From contig CBDIID010000003.1 in NCBI GenBank assembly GCA_965279515.1, forward strand, positions 4,576,001 to 4,640,000: a stretch of DNA of 64,000 bases, given 5' to 3'. A program made the position numbers and the translations under genes. Below are positions 1 to 10,005 of the stretch, in pieces (the stretch's first letter is position 1; every line of letters starts with the position of its first letter). The notes under the pieces are model-generated. The model saw only the letters and a program-made list of their open reading frames with translations, made no database searches and was not told the origin of the DNA. Source of the DNA: Turneriella sp. GTDB lineage: Bacteria; Spirochaetota; Leptospiria; Turneriellales; Turneriellaceae.

Positions 1-87
1 TTCCGGACTCTATTTTGCAAAAAGCGGTCAAGCAATTTACACAAAATCGGTTTCCAGAGGCTCTCGCTATCGGGGATGGGTGATGGC

Positions 88-534
88 ATGAAAGAAGCGG
101 AGCTCAAAACCTTTGTCGAGGGCGTTTTGCGCTACTTTGGCACGATCACCTCGACGCCCGCGACAGTGGGGATTCCCTACGTGAAGGCGGCCGACCATAG
201 GGTTGAAGAGATCACCGGAATCATTGGCCTGACCGGCAAGAAGAAGGGTGGCATCTTTATCACCTGTCCCAAAGCCATGGTCGAAGAGATCGTGAAGGAA
301 TACCTCGGCATGGCAGAGCCGACGCTCAATGCCGTGAAAGACCTTGCGGGTGAAATGGCGAATACTGTCGCCGGCAACGCTTCGTTCGCATTCGGCAATG
401 ACTTCCAGATTTCCGTCCCGGTCGTTATTGTCGGCAAACCCGAGCAGCTTGATCTGCCGACGCGGGTGCCGACATTCATCATACCTATTGAGTGGAAGAG
501 TTATAAAGCATACCTGGCCGTAGGCATTGAGTAA
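88..534 (+). CDS. cheX: Chemotaxis phosphatase CheX family protein
   Basis: ITGIIGLTG...GEMANTVAGN...ISVPVVIVG motifs typical of CheX. ATG at 88 chosen; an in-frame ATG at 76 is also possible. Confidence 0.85.
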   Translation: MKEAELKTFVEGVLRYFGTITSTPATVGIPYVKAADHRVEEITGIIGLTGKKKGGIFITCPKAMVEEIVKEYLGMAEPTLNAVKDLAGEMANTVAGNASFAFGNDFQISVPVVIVGKPEQLDLPTRVPTFIIPIEWKSYKAYLAVGIE

Positions 535-1558
535 GCCCGTTAAAAAAGCCGCCAAGACCGGCACTGCAAAAAAGACGGGCAAGGCTGTTTCCGCCCCCAA
601 GGCAATTCAGCTGACACTCCCCATTGGGTTACGCCTGGATAAATTTTTAAGCCAGGCGCTGAATGAGCTGGGCGAGACCATTTCCCGCTCGCGCCTGCAG
701 AAGCTCATCGAAGAGGGCGGCGTCACCGGTATCGATCCGGCAAAGATCAAGGCATCATTCACTGTAAAAAAAGAGCAGGAGATCCAGGTTGTACTCCCCA
801 CTGAAAAAGAGATGCAGCTAAAGCCTCTCGATGTGGAAATTCCGGTTTTGTTCGAAGATAAATATCTCGCCGTTGTGCACAAACCGGCCGGCATGACAGT
901 GCATCCCGGCGCGGGCACGGGCGACGATACGCTCGTGCATGCTCTGCTCAGCAATGTCGACAAGCTGGCACCCGATGCGGAGCGGCCCGGCATTGTCCAT
1001 CGCCTCGATCGCGAAACCGAAGGCCTGATGGTTGTCGCCAAAACAGAAAAGGCGCGCACGGCCTTAAGCCAGGCCTTTGCCGAGCGCGAGATCCGTAAAA
1101 CCTATATTGCCCTTGTCTGGGGTAAGGTGACTCTGCCCGAAGAGATTAATGGGCAAATCTGGCGGGATGTCCACGACCGGAAAAGAATGCGTTTCGGTTT
1201 GGAAGTGCCCGAACGTGTGAAGCGGGCGCGTGAAGCCGAAATGATTATTGTTTCACAGAAACAGCTGAAGTATGCGACGCGTCTTGAAATTGAACTCATC
1301 ACCGGGCGCACGCACCAGATTCGCGCGACGGTGGCCTTTTTTAATGCGCCGATTGTCGGCGATGTAACCTATGGCAACGATGCGGTCCAGGCGAAACTCT
1401 ACAAGATCGGCCGCGAGCGCAAAAAACCACTGATGGAGAGCGGCATGCTGCTGGTTGCGCAGAAACTATCATTCCAGCACCCGTTCACGAAGAAAAAACT
1501 ATCCTTTAGTCTCCCGGTTCCGACCCGCTTTACCAAAGCAGAGGAATATTTGACTTAA
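527..1558 (+). CDS. rluD: RluA/RluD-family 23S rRNA pseudouridine synthase with S4 domain
   Basis: RLDKFL S4 domain, KPAGMTVHP, GIVHRLDRETEG catalytic motif, TGRTHQIR. Confidence 0.88.
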   Translation: MSKPVKKAAKTGTAKKTGKAVSAPKAIQLTLPIGLRLDKFLSQALNELGETISRSRLQKLIEEGGVTGIDPAKIKASFTVKKEQEIQVVLPTEKEMQLKPLDVEIPVLFEDKYLAVVHKPAGMTVHPGAGTGDDTLVHALLSNVDKLAPDAERPGIVHRLDRETEGLMVVAKTEKARTALSQAFAEREIRKTYIALVWGKVTLPEEINGQIWRDVHDRKRMRFGLEVPERVKRAREAEMIIVSQKQLKYATRLEIELITGRTHQIRATVAFFNAPIVGDVTYGNDAVQAKLYKIGRERKKPLMESGMLLVAQKLSFQHPFTKKKLSFSLPVPTRFTKAEEYLT

Positions 1559-1610
1559 ACCCCGTTAGGAGTGGTTTGATAACTAACCACGGCGGCACGG
1601 CGCTTTCAGG

Positions 1611-3137
1611 CTAAATCGTGCGCGCGTAATCCTGAAAGGGCACTTGCCAGACCTTGATGCCGCAGAAGTGGTCGCCTTCGGGGCAACGCGGTTTCAGGTG
1701 CTCGCGCACCACACAGGGCGGGCCGATGTATTTGCCGAGTTCAGGAAATTTATCCTTCACGTCGCTGACTTCGGCATGCGCTGAATAAAAGATCTCTTCC
1801 TGCGCATTATAGCAGAGCCGTGATTTCCATTTGTGGTAAAAGTTGTAGAAGTCACCCGATTCCATGAACCGCACGGGAAAGGCGTTGGGTAACAGATAGG
1901 CAATATCTTCGCGGGGGATATCCTGCTGTGGCCATAACTTGCGCACGAGTTCAAAATTTTCACCGAGGTAGTTCTTGTAAATTTTTTCTGCCGCCGGCGC
2001 TTCGCTTATGAGTTTTGGTGTAATAAAATCATCTTCGAGTGAAATCTGCTCTGCCAGGTGCGGCCGGTTACCCGGCAGCGTGCGGTGGCGCTGCTCCTGT
2101 GAATCAGCAGTGTGCGAGAGTTTTTTCAGGAATGTGAAATGTGCGTGGTTGAGCAACCGCGTGTTCTCGTCGAGCGTGCCGGGGTAAAAGACATCGCCCA
2201 AAAGCGGATTGTTTTCAGGATGGAGGGCCTTCGCGATCTGCGTGCCGTCGAGTCGGGTTATGGCTTCGACCGATGATGAAATAAGCCGCGCCGGGCGGCC
2301 CGAAAGTTCGGCATCGAAGCGTGCGTTGGCCGCAGCTGCTTTCGCCGCGTCGATCTCGCGTGCGGGCGCCTCAAGCGGCGTGGGAAACTCTTCAAAGAGA
2401 TCGGGGTCGACGCCGCGCACGAGTTCAAACATCTGAATGCCGAGAATGACGAATTCTTCGTGCGCCGACCAGGTGAGCATACGCGCATAGCGCATCAGCG
2501 TCAGTGCGCTGACACTGTGATAGAGATAGGCGACAGTTGAAACCGGCATCACGTAACGCGCGACTTCCATGCAGCGCTTTTTGATTGCATCGGCCCAGTC
2601 TTCTTTGTTGCGCGCCTTGAGGCGGTGTATGGAAAAATAGATTTCTTCGACGACAGGTTTAAGAGCGGCGACGAGATCCGTATAGGCGGAAAAAGCTTTG
2701 TCATGGAGTTCGTGAACACTGGCGTTTTTAGCAAGCGAAAGGGGCAAGGTATACCAAGTGCGGTCATTCTTGATGGGCACATAGCGCTGCGAGACCTGTT
2801 CTGAATTGTAGTAGGGGTGGGCGTGCAGCACCTGCCAGATCAGCTGCCGGCTGACATTTTCGAGGCCGAAGACAAAATGCGCGTGCTGGCGCGTGGTGTG
2901 GTGCCCCGACTTCAGCGTCGCGCGCGCGACTTTTTTGCGCAGCTCGAGCGCCTTTTCTGACTTGCGCATGTCTTCGGGTAGAAGTAGTCCCTTTGAACTG
3001 TAACAGGTGCGTGCCGAAGCGGCGGCGATATCAAAGGGCTGCTCGGTGTAGGCGATCAGCCGCACCCTGACTGGCGATGCGGCAATGCGATCGGTATAAC
3101 GCTTTTTCAGATCGTCGAGCCAGTGTGTCTCGGCCAT
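1611..3137 (-). CDS. thyX: FAD-dependent thymidylate synthase, tandem two-domain form
   Basis: Two ThyX-like halves: SGHHTTRQH..F..ENVSRQ..SEQVSQRYV..ARYVMP, then SQEQRHRT..YLLPNA..RLCYNAQEEI. Confidence 0.8.
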   Translation of the reverse strand: MAETHWLDDLKKRYTDRIAASPVRVRLIAYTEQPFDIAAASARTCYSSKGLLLPEDMRKSEKALELRKKVARATLKSGHHTTRQHAHFVFGLENVSRQLIWQVLHAHPYYNSEQVSQRYVPIKNDRTWYTLPLSLAKNASVHELHDKAFSAYTDLVAALKPVVEEIYFSIHRLKARNKEDWADAIKKRCMEVARYVMPVSTVAYLYHSVSALTLMRYARMLTWSAHEEFVILGIQMFELVRGVDPDLFEEFPTPLEAPAREIDAAKAAAANARFDAELSGRPARLISSSVEAITRLDGTQIAKALHPENNPLLGDVFYPGTLDENTRLLNHAHFTFLKKLSHTADSQEQRHRTLPGNRPHLAEQISLEDDFITPKLISEAPAAEKIYKNYLGENFELVRKLWPQQDIPREDIAYLLPNAFPVRFMESGDFYNFYHKWKSRLCYNAQEEIFYSAHAEVSDVKDKFPELGKYIGPPCVVREHLKPRCPEGDHFCGIKVWQVPFQDYARTI

Positions 3138-3182
3138 AGGTAAAACTCTATTTCGAACCGGCCCCGGCAATGAGAAGGAATA

Positions 3183-4286
3183 TTAATAGTCCATCCTGAA
3201 ATAGACATACCCGGCGCCCAGGCCCGCGATGATGTTGGCCAGATTGCCCGCAAAGAACGGCGGGATTGCGCCGTTTTCCCCAAATGCGGAACCAAAATAC
3301 ATCAGGAAAAAATAGCCGAGCGTAAAAAGCATGGAAACGGCAATGCTGGTCGCCGCATTGCCCTTTTTGAGGCGTCCACCGACCATGCCGCCGATAAAGA
3401 CGATAAAAAAGCAGATGAGGGGATATCCCGCATGCCAGAAAACTTCTGTCAGAAAAACACCGTAATCCCCGCCGACTTCCTTGCGCTTACGGTAGATTCT
3501 GTAAGCGTCAAAAATCGAGCGCTCTTCCGAATCCATTTCCACATAAAAGTTACGGAACGATTTCATATTTTCCGGTAGTTCTATCTTGAAGGTGTTATAC
3601 GAATCCGTCCGAGCATAAACGCCATTTTGATTAAAGCTGGATATTCTTACCTGCTCGAGGGTCCAGTGATTACTGTCGTTCTCCCCTGCAAGAGCCCTCT
3701 CCGCCTCAACGATGCGGCTAATCGAACCTGTCGGACCGAGCTCAAGCAGGTGGAAACCATTCAGGGTGTCTTCATACCAGATACCCTGGCCGATCGTATA
3801 ATAGCGGTTTGCGAAACGTAATGTCAGATTGGTGCTGTGATCCAGTTTTCTTAGCCGGGAATCCTTGTCTCTGTTGCGCAGAAGGTAGCTGATATCCGTT
3901 GCCCGGTATGATGCGGGAAACGAGACATACTCGTTAAAGAAGAAAAACAGAACGCTCAGAATTACGGAGAAAATCAGAATCGGTCGCAAGATGCGGCGGA
4001 AAGACCTCCCGGCAGCGAGCATCACGGTAATTTCAAAGTTACGGCTGAACTGTGCAACGGTGAACGCGACCGCGAACATCAGCGATGGCGGCACGATGTA
4101 CGTAATAAAAGTGGGAGTAATGACGACATAGTACTGCACCAGCAGCGCTGTACCCTGTTTGTTCTCGTTGAAATCTTTTACCGAATCCAGCACCTTGACG
4201 ATGATCGCAACGCCCAAAAGCAAAATCAAGGTCCCGAAGAATGTCTTTACGAACGACTTGAAGATGTAACGGTCGAGAATGTCCAT
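3183..4286 (-). CDS. LPS export ABC transporter permease LptF/LptG family
   Basis: Starts MDILDRYI, contains EITVMLAAG, 3+3 TM layout with central periplasmic domain. Confidence 0.85.
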   Translation of the reverse strand: MDILDRYIFKSFVKTFFGTLILLLGVAIIVKVLDSVKDFNENKQGTALLVQYYVVITPTFITYIVPPSLMFAVAFTVAQFSRNFEITVMLAAGRSFRRILRPILIFSVILSVLFFFFNEYVSFPASYRATDISYLLRNRDKDSRLRKLDHSTNLTLRFANRYYTIGQGIWYEDTLNGFHLLELGPTGSISRIVEAERALAGENDSNHWTLEQVRISSFNQNGVYARTDSYNTFKIELPENMKSFRNFYVEMDSEERSIFDAYRIYRKRKEVGGDYGVFLTEVFWHAGYPLICFFIVFIGGMVGGRLKKGNAATSIAVSMLFTLGYFFLMYFGSAFGENGAIPPFFAGNLANIIAGLGAGYVYFRMDY

Positions 4287-4289
4287 GGC

Positions 4290-5843
4290 TTAGACCGGAT
4301 AACGGTAGACCCAGAATTTGTAGCCGAAGTAGTTTGTCACGAAACTGACGAAAACAGTCGAAAGTTTCAGCACATTCGTCAGAAAAATATCATTCTCCGG
4401 ATTGTAGATCAGATTGAGACCGTGGAACAGCAAGGCGGCAATGCCGAGCGTGAAAACCGAGACGCTGAAAAAACGTACGTATGCGGCGCGGCGCTGGAAA
4501 GTGAACCCGCTGTGCAGGCAAAAGGCAAACAGGTTCGCGCAGAGAAACGAGCACACCATATAGACGAGCTGCCGGCTGCGGTCGCCGGGACCTGCAACGA
4601 GTATCAGCGCATTATGCACGGTGAAATCCACGATGGTATTTAACACCCCGACAAACGCAAATTTGAAGAGATGGCTGAAGCGGAAGCGCAAAAGTTCGCT
4701 CAAAACCCGGATCGTCTGCTTGAATGTGACTTTGCTGCCTTCTTTATCGTTCCAGCGTACCGCGACTTCAGCCACGGCAAGATTGAGCACGGCAGCCTTT
4801 TTCAGGATCTCAAAATCGAAACCAAAGCGGATATTGGTGAGATTGCGAAACAGGTACTGTGCGGCGCGGCGCTCGAACAGCTTGAAACCGCACTGTGTGT
4901 CTTTATACGGCAGGTCTAGCAGCAGGCGAATCAGAAAATTTCCCGCGCGGCTGACGATGCGGCGTATAATGCCTTGTTTGACGCCGATGTCGCTCTCCGA
5001 CAGGTAGCGCGACCCGATTGCCACATCGCTACCTGTTGCCAGCGCTTCTTCGAGTTTTGTCAGTTCTTCAATCGGCGTTGCGCCGTCTGCGTCGGCGACG
5101 AGCACCACGCGGCCGCGGGCTGCCATGACGCCCTCGCGCACTGCAGCGCCCTTGCCAAAATTTTCATAGAGTTTGAGCGCGCGGATTCCCGGAAATTTAT
5201 GCGCGACAATCTGCGCGGTATTGTCGCGGCTGCCGTCGTCAACGACGATGATTTCATGTTTCAGGCGCCGCGAACGAAAGTAGCGCAGTATCAAGGGCAG
5301 GTATTCGGGCAGCCGTTTGGCTTCGTTGTACGCAGGTATCACGCAGGAAATGGCCGGGCCGTTTGCCGTTTCGGCATGGCGGCGGGCGAGTACGGTGATC
5401 AAACCTATGCCGGCGAGTAGATTCAGATAAGGATGCAGGTGAATCTCTACGGCAAACAGGCGGCGCAGAATAACATGGCCTCCGGGAATAAATTTTAACC
5501 AGAGGAAGGGGAGAATAAAGAAGCCGAAGTAAAACTGTTCGCGTATTTCAAAACCCTGAGGAGGCACCCGTCGCGCGGCGCGGTCGTCGCTGCGGCGCAG
5601 CGCTACGGAGACAATGAGTTCCGCATCGGCAAATGCGCCGGCCTCGCCAACGAGAACATCCCCACCGTGCCGCACAGCTTTCAGGGCAATCGTTTGTGCC
5701 AGTGAAACGCCGGCCAAAGCACCGCCGCGCGCCATCGTCAGGGTCTCTGAGCTGCGCGGGGCGTGCGCGCGTATTAAACGGGCGACGAGGCGTTCAAAAT
5801 AAGGCGAAAGCAGCGGAATTATTTTCGGCGCGTGAAAGAGCAA
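4290..5843 (-). CDS. GT2 (dolichyl-phosphate glucosyltransferase-like) fused to C-terminal GtrA domain, with N-terminal extension
   Basis: VIPAYNE, VVDDGSRD, GKGAAVREG, DADG, DTQCGFKLF; C-terminal FKFAFVGVLNTIVDF...NYFGYKFWVY is GtrA-like. Confidence 0.8.
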   Translation of the reverse strand: MLFHAPKIIPLLSPYFERLVARLIRAHAPRSSETLTMARGGALAGVSLAQTIALKAVRHGGDVLVGEAGAFADAELIVSVALRRSDDRAARRVPPQGFEIREQFYFGFFILPFLWLKFIPGGHVILRRLFAVEIHLHPYLNLLAGIGLITVLARRHAETANGPAISCVIPAYNEAKRLPEYLPLILRYFRSRRLKHEIIVVDDGSRDNTAQIVAHKFPGIRALKLYENFGKGAAVREGVMAARGRVVLVADADGATPIEELTKLEEALATGSDVAIGSRYLSESDIGVKQGIIRRIVSRAGNFLIRLLLDLPYKDTQCGFKLFERRAAQYLFRNLTNIRFGFDFEILKKAAVLNLAVAEVAVRWNDKEGSKVTFKQTIRVLSELLRFRFSHLFKFAFVGVLNTIVDFTVHNALILVAGPGDRSRQLVYMVCSFLCANLFAFCLHSGFTFQRRAAYVRFFSVSVFTLGIAALLFHGLNLIYNPENDIFLTNVLKLSTVFVSFVTNYFGYKFWVYRYPV

Positions 5844-5927
5844 CGGGTCTTTTTTCAGGGCGAAGGCAGACTGTCATTATGAAAGTGGATGACGCAATGT
5901 GGCGCCGGGCGGGAGGGTTTGCGCGGC

Positions 5928-7274
5928 ATGGATATTTTCCGCGACAGAATCAAACGTGTGCAGGGCCGCATGGCACCCGACAGTATTATGGTGCTTCCGG
6001 CTGCACCGGCAAAGGTACGCAATCGCGACACCCATTTTCCCTACCGGGCGCACTCCGACATGATTTACCTGGCCGGTGTCAATGAAGAAGAACTGTCGCT
6101 GGTTCTGACAAACGACGCGGTGCATGTTTTTGCGCAGGTGCGCAACCCGGAACGCGAGCGTTGGGTGGGCCGGGTGAACGGGCATGAATTTTACCTGCAC
6201 CGCCTCGGCAATGCAGGCGATCTTAAGGTATTTGCTTATGCCGACGGCGAGTTCGAGAAGCAGACAGCAGAACTTTTGAAGGGAAGAAAAACCCTCTACT
6301 ATGACTTCGGCGAGAATACGGACCTCGACCGCCGCCTGTTCAAGACGCTGAATGAGCTCACGCTGTCTTCACGGCGTGGCGTCACCTCACCGCAAGCTGT
6401 GGTGCGCGCGTCCACGATACTGAACGAGTGCCGCCTTTTTAAGGATGTTCACGATCTGGAGAACATGCGCCGGGCTGCGGCGATTTCCGCCGCCGCGCAT
6501 AACAGGGCGCAGGATGCCATCGCGGCCGCCGGCAAAGATGGCATCAGTGAATTTGACGTGAAAGCGCTGATAGAGCAGGAATTCATGAAGGCCGGCGCCG
6601 ACCGGCTTGCCTATCCCTCGATTGTCGCGGCAGGAGCAAATGCCACCGTACTACACTATGAGGGCACCGCGGGCCGGGCTAACCCCGGTGATTTTATCCT
6701 CATCGATGCAGGCTGCGAGGTTCAGGGCTATGCATCCGACATTACCCGAACAACCATTTCAGGGGGCAGGGGGGCGGGTTCGGCGCTGCAGCGCGATCTC
6801 TATGACCTCGTGCTCGCCGCGCAAAAAGCATCGATAGAAAAAACGCGCACCGGCATCAGCGTCGAAGAGGTGCACCAGGCGGCGATTGATATTCTCGCAT
6901 CCGGGCTCTTAGGCATGGGTTTTTTTGAGAAGGTGCCGCTCCGCGCCAAAGATGGTAAAGTTGATCCCAAACAAATGACCCGCCTCACTTCGCTGGCCGA
7001 AGTCAAAGAGCTCGAATATTATAACCTTTTTTACATGCACAGAACGTCGCACTATCTCGGCCTCGACGTGCACGATGTCGGTGAATATTATAAAGATGGC
7101 AAAAGCCGCGCCCTGGAGCCCGGCATGGTGATTACGGTTGAGCCCGGGCTTTATTTTCCGGAAGAATATGATTTTGTGCGCAAAGAGGCGCTGGGTATCG
7201 GTATCCGTATTGAAGATGACGTGCTTGTGACAGCAGCGGGCAATGAAGTCTTGACATCGGCTTGCCGGTCATAG
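5928..7274 (+). CDS. pepP: Xaa-Pro aminopeptidase P
   Basis: IDAGCE..YASDITRT, HYLGLDVHD, TVEPGLY, GIRIEDDV metal-binding motifs; GGGAGG upstream of ATG 5928. Confidence 0.9.
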   Translation: MDIFRDRIKRVQGRMAPDSIMVLPAAPAKVRNRDTHFPYRAHSDMIYLAGVNEEELSLVLTNDAVHVFAQVRNPERERWVGRVNGHEFYLHRLGNAGDLKVFAYADGEFEKQTAELLKGRKTLYYDFGENTDLDRRLFKTLNELTLSSRRGVTSPQAVVRASTILNECRLFKDVHDLENMRRAAAISAAAHNRAQDAIAAAGKDGISEFDVKALIEQEFMKAGADRLAYPSIVAAGANATVLHYEGTAGRANPGDFILIDAGCEVQGYASDITRTTISGGRGAGSALQRDLYDLVLAAQKASIEKTRTGISVEEVHQAAIDILASGLLGMGFFEKVPLRAKDGKVDPKQMTRLTSLAEVKELEYYNLFYMHRTSHYLGLDVHDVGEYYKDGKSRALEPGMVITVEPGLYFPEEYDFVRKEALGIGIRIEDDVLVTAAGNEVLTSACRS

Positions 7275-7290
7275 CGCTGGGGCGCCCCGC

Positions 7291-7938
7291 ATGCCGCTAA
7301 AAATTGCCACCTTTTTTCCCGCGCTGCTCGTGGTTTCTGCGCTCGGCGCGACCCCGGGCAAATATGATGAGCGTGGCAACGTACTCCAGGGCGGCGGCAG
7401 TGAAACAAAATTCTACCTCGGTGCCGAGGCCGCGATCACCCGGCATATTGAAGAAGGTCTCGATCACACCAAGGGCGAATATTCGGTGGGATATACCACA
7501 TTGGGCGGGTCTCTTACCGCACAGTACCATTTTCCCGATTTCTATTTTGATGCCGGTGTGGGTATGATGAAGTTATTGGCTCTTTCGGTGAATGATGTGA
7601 AAATCGATCTCTCTAACCGAAGCCAATGGCACCTGCCGTTCTATGCGCATGCGTTTTATAAAATCGATCCGATGTTTGCCGTCGGTACTGGCATAACACA
7701 TCTCACCGAACTCAGCATGTATGTCGATTCTCAGAAGGTGCCGGATTCGAGCTATAACCATATCTTCATCGATCTCGCGGCGCAGGTCTCTGTGTCACTC
7801 AACAGCAGCTTCGTTCTGACCTTTACCCCGGTTGTCGGTATCAATGTTATCCCCGGCCGGCAGAATGTTTATTCGGTGGGTGATTTGCTGCACATGCGCC
7901 TGCAATTCAACGTCGGTTTACTCTACCGCCTGTCTTAA
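7291..7938 (+). CDS. Secreted/outer-membrane beta-strand-rich hypothetical protein
   Basis: N-terminal signal peptide, alternating hydrophobic strands, C-terminal FNVGLLYRL resembling a beta-signal. Confidence 0.55.
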   Translation: MPLKIATFFPALLVVSALGATPGKYDERGNVLQGGGSETKFYLGAEAAITRHIEEGLDHTKGEYSVGYTTLGGSLTAQYHFPDFYFDAGVGMMKLLALSVNDVKIDLSNRSQWHLPFYAHAFYKIDPMFAVGTGITHLTELSMYVDSQKVPDSSYNHIFIDLAAQVSVSLNSSFVLTFTPVVGINVIPGRQNVYSVGDLLHMRLQFNVGLLYRLS

Positions 7939-7939
7939 A

Positions 7940-8758
7940 ATGAAAACTGTCATACTCAGGGTTCTCGCACTCAGTGTTTTGGCGGTACTGCTGATCTTTT
8001 TCTGGCAATCGCCTGTTTTAAAGCCGTTCAAACTCTTCGTCGTTTTTCTGCATGAGACATCGCACGCGATTGCGACGATTCTTACGGGGGGTAAACTTTC
8101 CGCGATTTCTATCGAATGGGATGAATCCGGTGCTACGTATGCCGCGTCGGGGCGGGGTATCTTCTTTATCATTGCCATCGCCGGGTATATCGGCAGCATT
8201 CTTTGGGGCTATATGATGCTGAAGGCGTCGCTGACCTCGCGCTACGTGCGCACGGTATCGCTGTTGGTGGGGCTCACGGTGATCTTCTTCGGTTTTTTCC
8301 CCGACGGCGACGGGCCGGTTAAGCAGTCGGATAAATATCTCAAATACATTATCAGCGGCGTCTGGGGCCTGACGCTCACGGCATCGGCGTTTATTCTGCC
8401 GCGCTTCAACCATATCCTGCTTTTTTTCCTGGGAGGTCTCACGTCGCTCTATTCGCTCTACGATCTCAACGACTTTATCCACGGCGACGTCATGCGCACC
8501 GATGCGGGCATTCTCGCTCACTACATGCTGGGCAAATCGGCGTTGGTCAAACCGCTCGCCTATATCATTGCCGGTTTCATCAGCGCGATTTCGATCTATA
8601 TTTTCCTGCGCCTTATCCGTACCGCGCTCAAAGTCGAACCGCCACTCGAAGAGGGCATGGACCTCGCCGAATGGCAGGCGCAGAATCCCGATGTCGAAAT
8701 TACCCCCGAAATGCTGGAGTGGCTGCGGCACCAGTCTAAAAAGCCGCCGGTGCAATAG
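7940..8758 (+). CDS. M50(B)-family membrane metallopeptidase
   Basis: FLHETSHAIA (HExxH), AGYIGS, D..TDA motif, multiple TMs; ATG at 7940 directly after upstream stop. Confidence 0.8.
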   Translation: MKTVILRVLALSVLAVLLIFFWQSPVLKPFKLFVVFLHETSHAIATILTGGKLSAISIEWDESGATYAASGRGIFFIIAIAGYIGSILWGYMMLKASLTSRYVRTVSLLVGLTVIFFGFFPDGDGPVKQSDKYLKYIISGVWGLTLTASAFILPRFNHILLFFLGGLTSLYSLYDLNDFIHGDVMRTDAGILAHYMLGKSALVKPLAYIIAGFISAISIYIFLRLIRTALKVEPPLEEGMDLAEWQAQNPDVEITPEMLEWLRHQSKKPPVQ

Positions 8759-8793
8759 TCTTTACACGGCATTTGGCCGCCGCATGCTATGGC

Positions 8794-9939
8794 ATGCGCG
8801 TGTCTACGGGTATCCAGGGTGAACTCGACCTTATCAACGAGATTTTCTCCGACGACGATGCTGCTGAAGAGAAGGTACTCGCTGCGGCAGAGACGCTTTA
8901 CAGCTCGGGCGAAAAGAATATCTATGCGCGGCTCATACACGTCATGTGCCACCTGCGCCTCAATGCCACCGAAGCGAAGCGCACATGGGAAAGCATACTC
9001 AAACACCGCGACGAACTCGAAGACAAGCTCGGCCGCAAGACCGGTTTCCGCGTCGCCTTGCTCGATTATTTCGTCAACGAAAGCCGCGAGCTCAAAAACC
9101 CCAAGGTCATCGAGATCCATGTCTATGCCGAGACCGCGCGCCAGGCGGCAATCGACGAGCTGACCGGGGTCTTTAACCGCCGCTTCTTCGACAATGCTAT
9201 CGAACGCGAACTCAAGCAGGCCTCGCGCCGCGGCCGCGAATTCTCGTTGCTGATTCTCGACATCGATAACTTCAAAAGGGTAAACGATACACACGGCCAC
9301 ACGACGGGCGATGCGGTGATTTCGGCGCTGGGTAAACTTTTGCGCCGTTCGATCCGCTCCGAAGACACACCGTGCCGTATCGGCGGCGAAGAATTTGCCG
9401 TGATATTTCCCGAAACCGGGCCCGAGGGGGCGATGGTGGTGAGCGAGAAGATCCGCTCCGAGTTTGCCAAACTCCGCATTGCCTCGACCGACTTAAGTCT
9501 CTCGGGCGGCCTTGCGACCTTTCCCGGCGACGGCAAAACGGCTGCAGAGCTCATGGACCGCGCCGACCAGATGCTGTACTTTGCCAAATATTCGGGCAAG
9601 AACCGTGTCATCTGTTATTCGCAGAATAAGCGCCGCCACATCCGTTATCCTCTCGAGTGGGAGCTCAAGGTGACTAAAAACGGCGTCGGTTCGGGGGAAT
9701 CCAAATCGCAGGATGTCTCGATCGAGGGCATTTCATTCGAACTCGACGAAAGCGCCGAACCCGGCGAACTGATGAGCCTGCACCTCAACATCGATTCAGA
9801 CCCGATCGAGCTGCCCGTACAGATTGTCTGGATCGACAACAATACCAAGTCGAGAAAATTCAGGGCAGGGGCGCGGTTCATCCGCCTGACCGAAGAAAAT
9901 CTCAATAGTCTCAAGCAAAAGCTGCCGTTTAAGAATTAA
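8794..9939 (+). CDS. Diguanylate cyclase (GGEEF) with C-terminal PilZ domain
   Basis: DELTGVFNRR, DIDNFKRVND, RSED I-site, RIGGEEF; PilZ motifs RRHIR and DVSIEG. Confidence 0.9.
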   Translation: MRVSTGIQGELDLINEIFSDDDAAEEKVLAAAETLYSSGEKNIYARLIHVMCHLRLNATEAKRTWESILKHRDELEDKLGRKTGFRVALLDYFVNESRELKNPKVIEIHVYAETARQAAIDELTGVFNRRFFDNAIERELKQASRRGREFSLLILDIDNFKRVNDTHGHTTGDAVISALGKLLRRSIRSEDTPCRIGGEEFAVIFPETGPEGAMVVSEKIRSEFAKLRIASTDLSLSGGLATFPGDGKTAAELMDRADQMLYFAKYSGKNRVICYSQNKRRHIRYPLEWELKVTKNGVGSGESKSQDVSIEGISFELDESAEPGELMSLHLNIDSDPIELPVQIVWIDNNTKSRKFRAGARFIRLTEENLNSLKQKLPFKN

Positions 9940-10005
9940 GTCACATATTTTGCTTGAAGTATTCATGCATACGGCCGATATTAAACACGGACTATAAGGA
10001 GAAAG

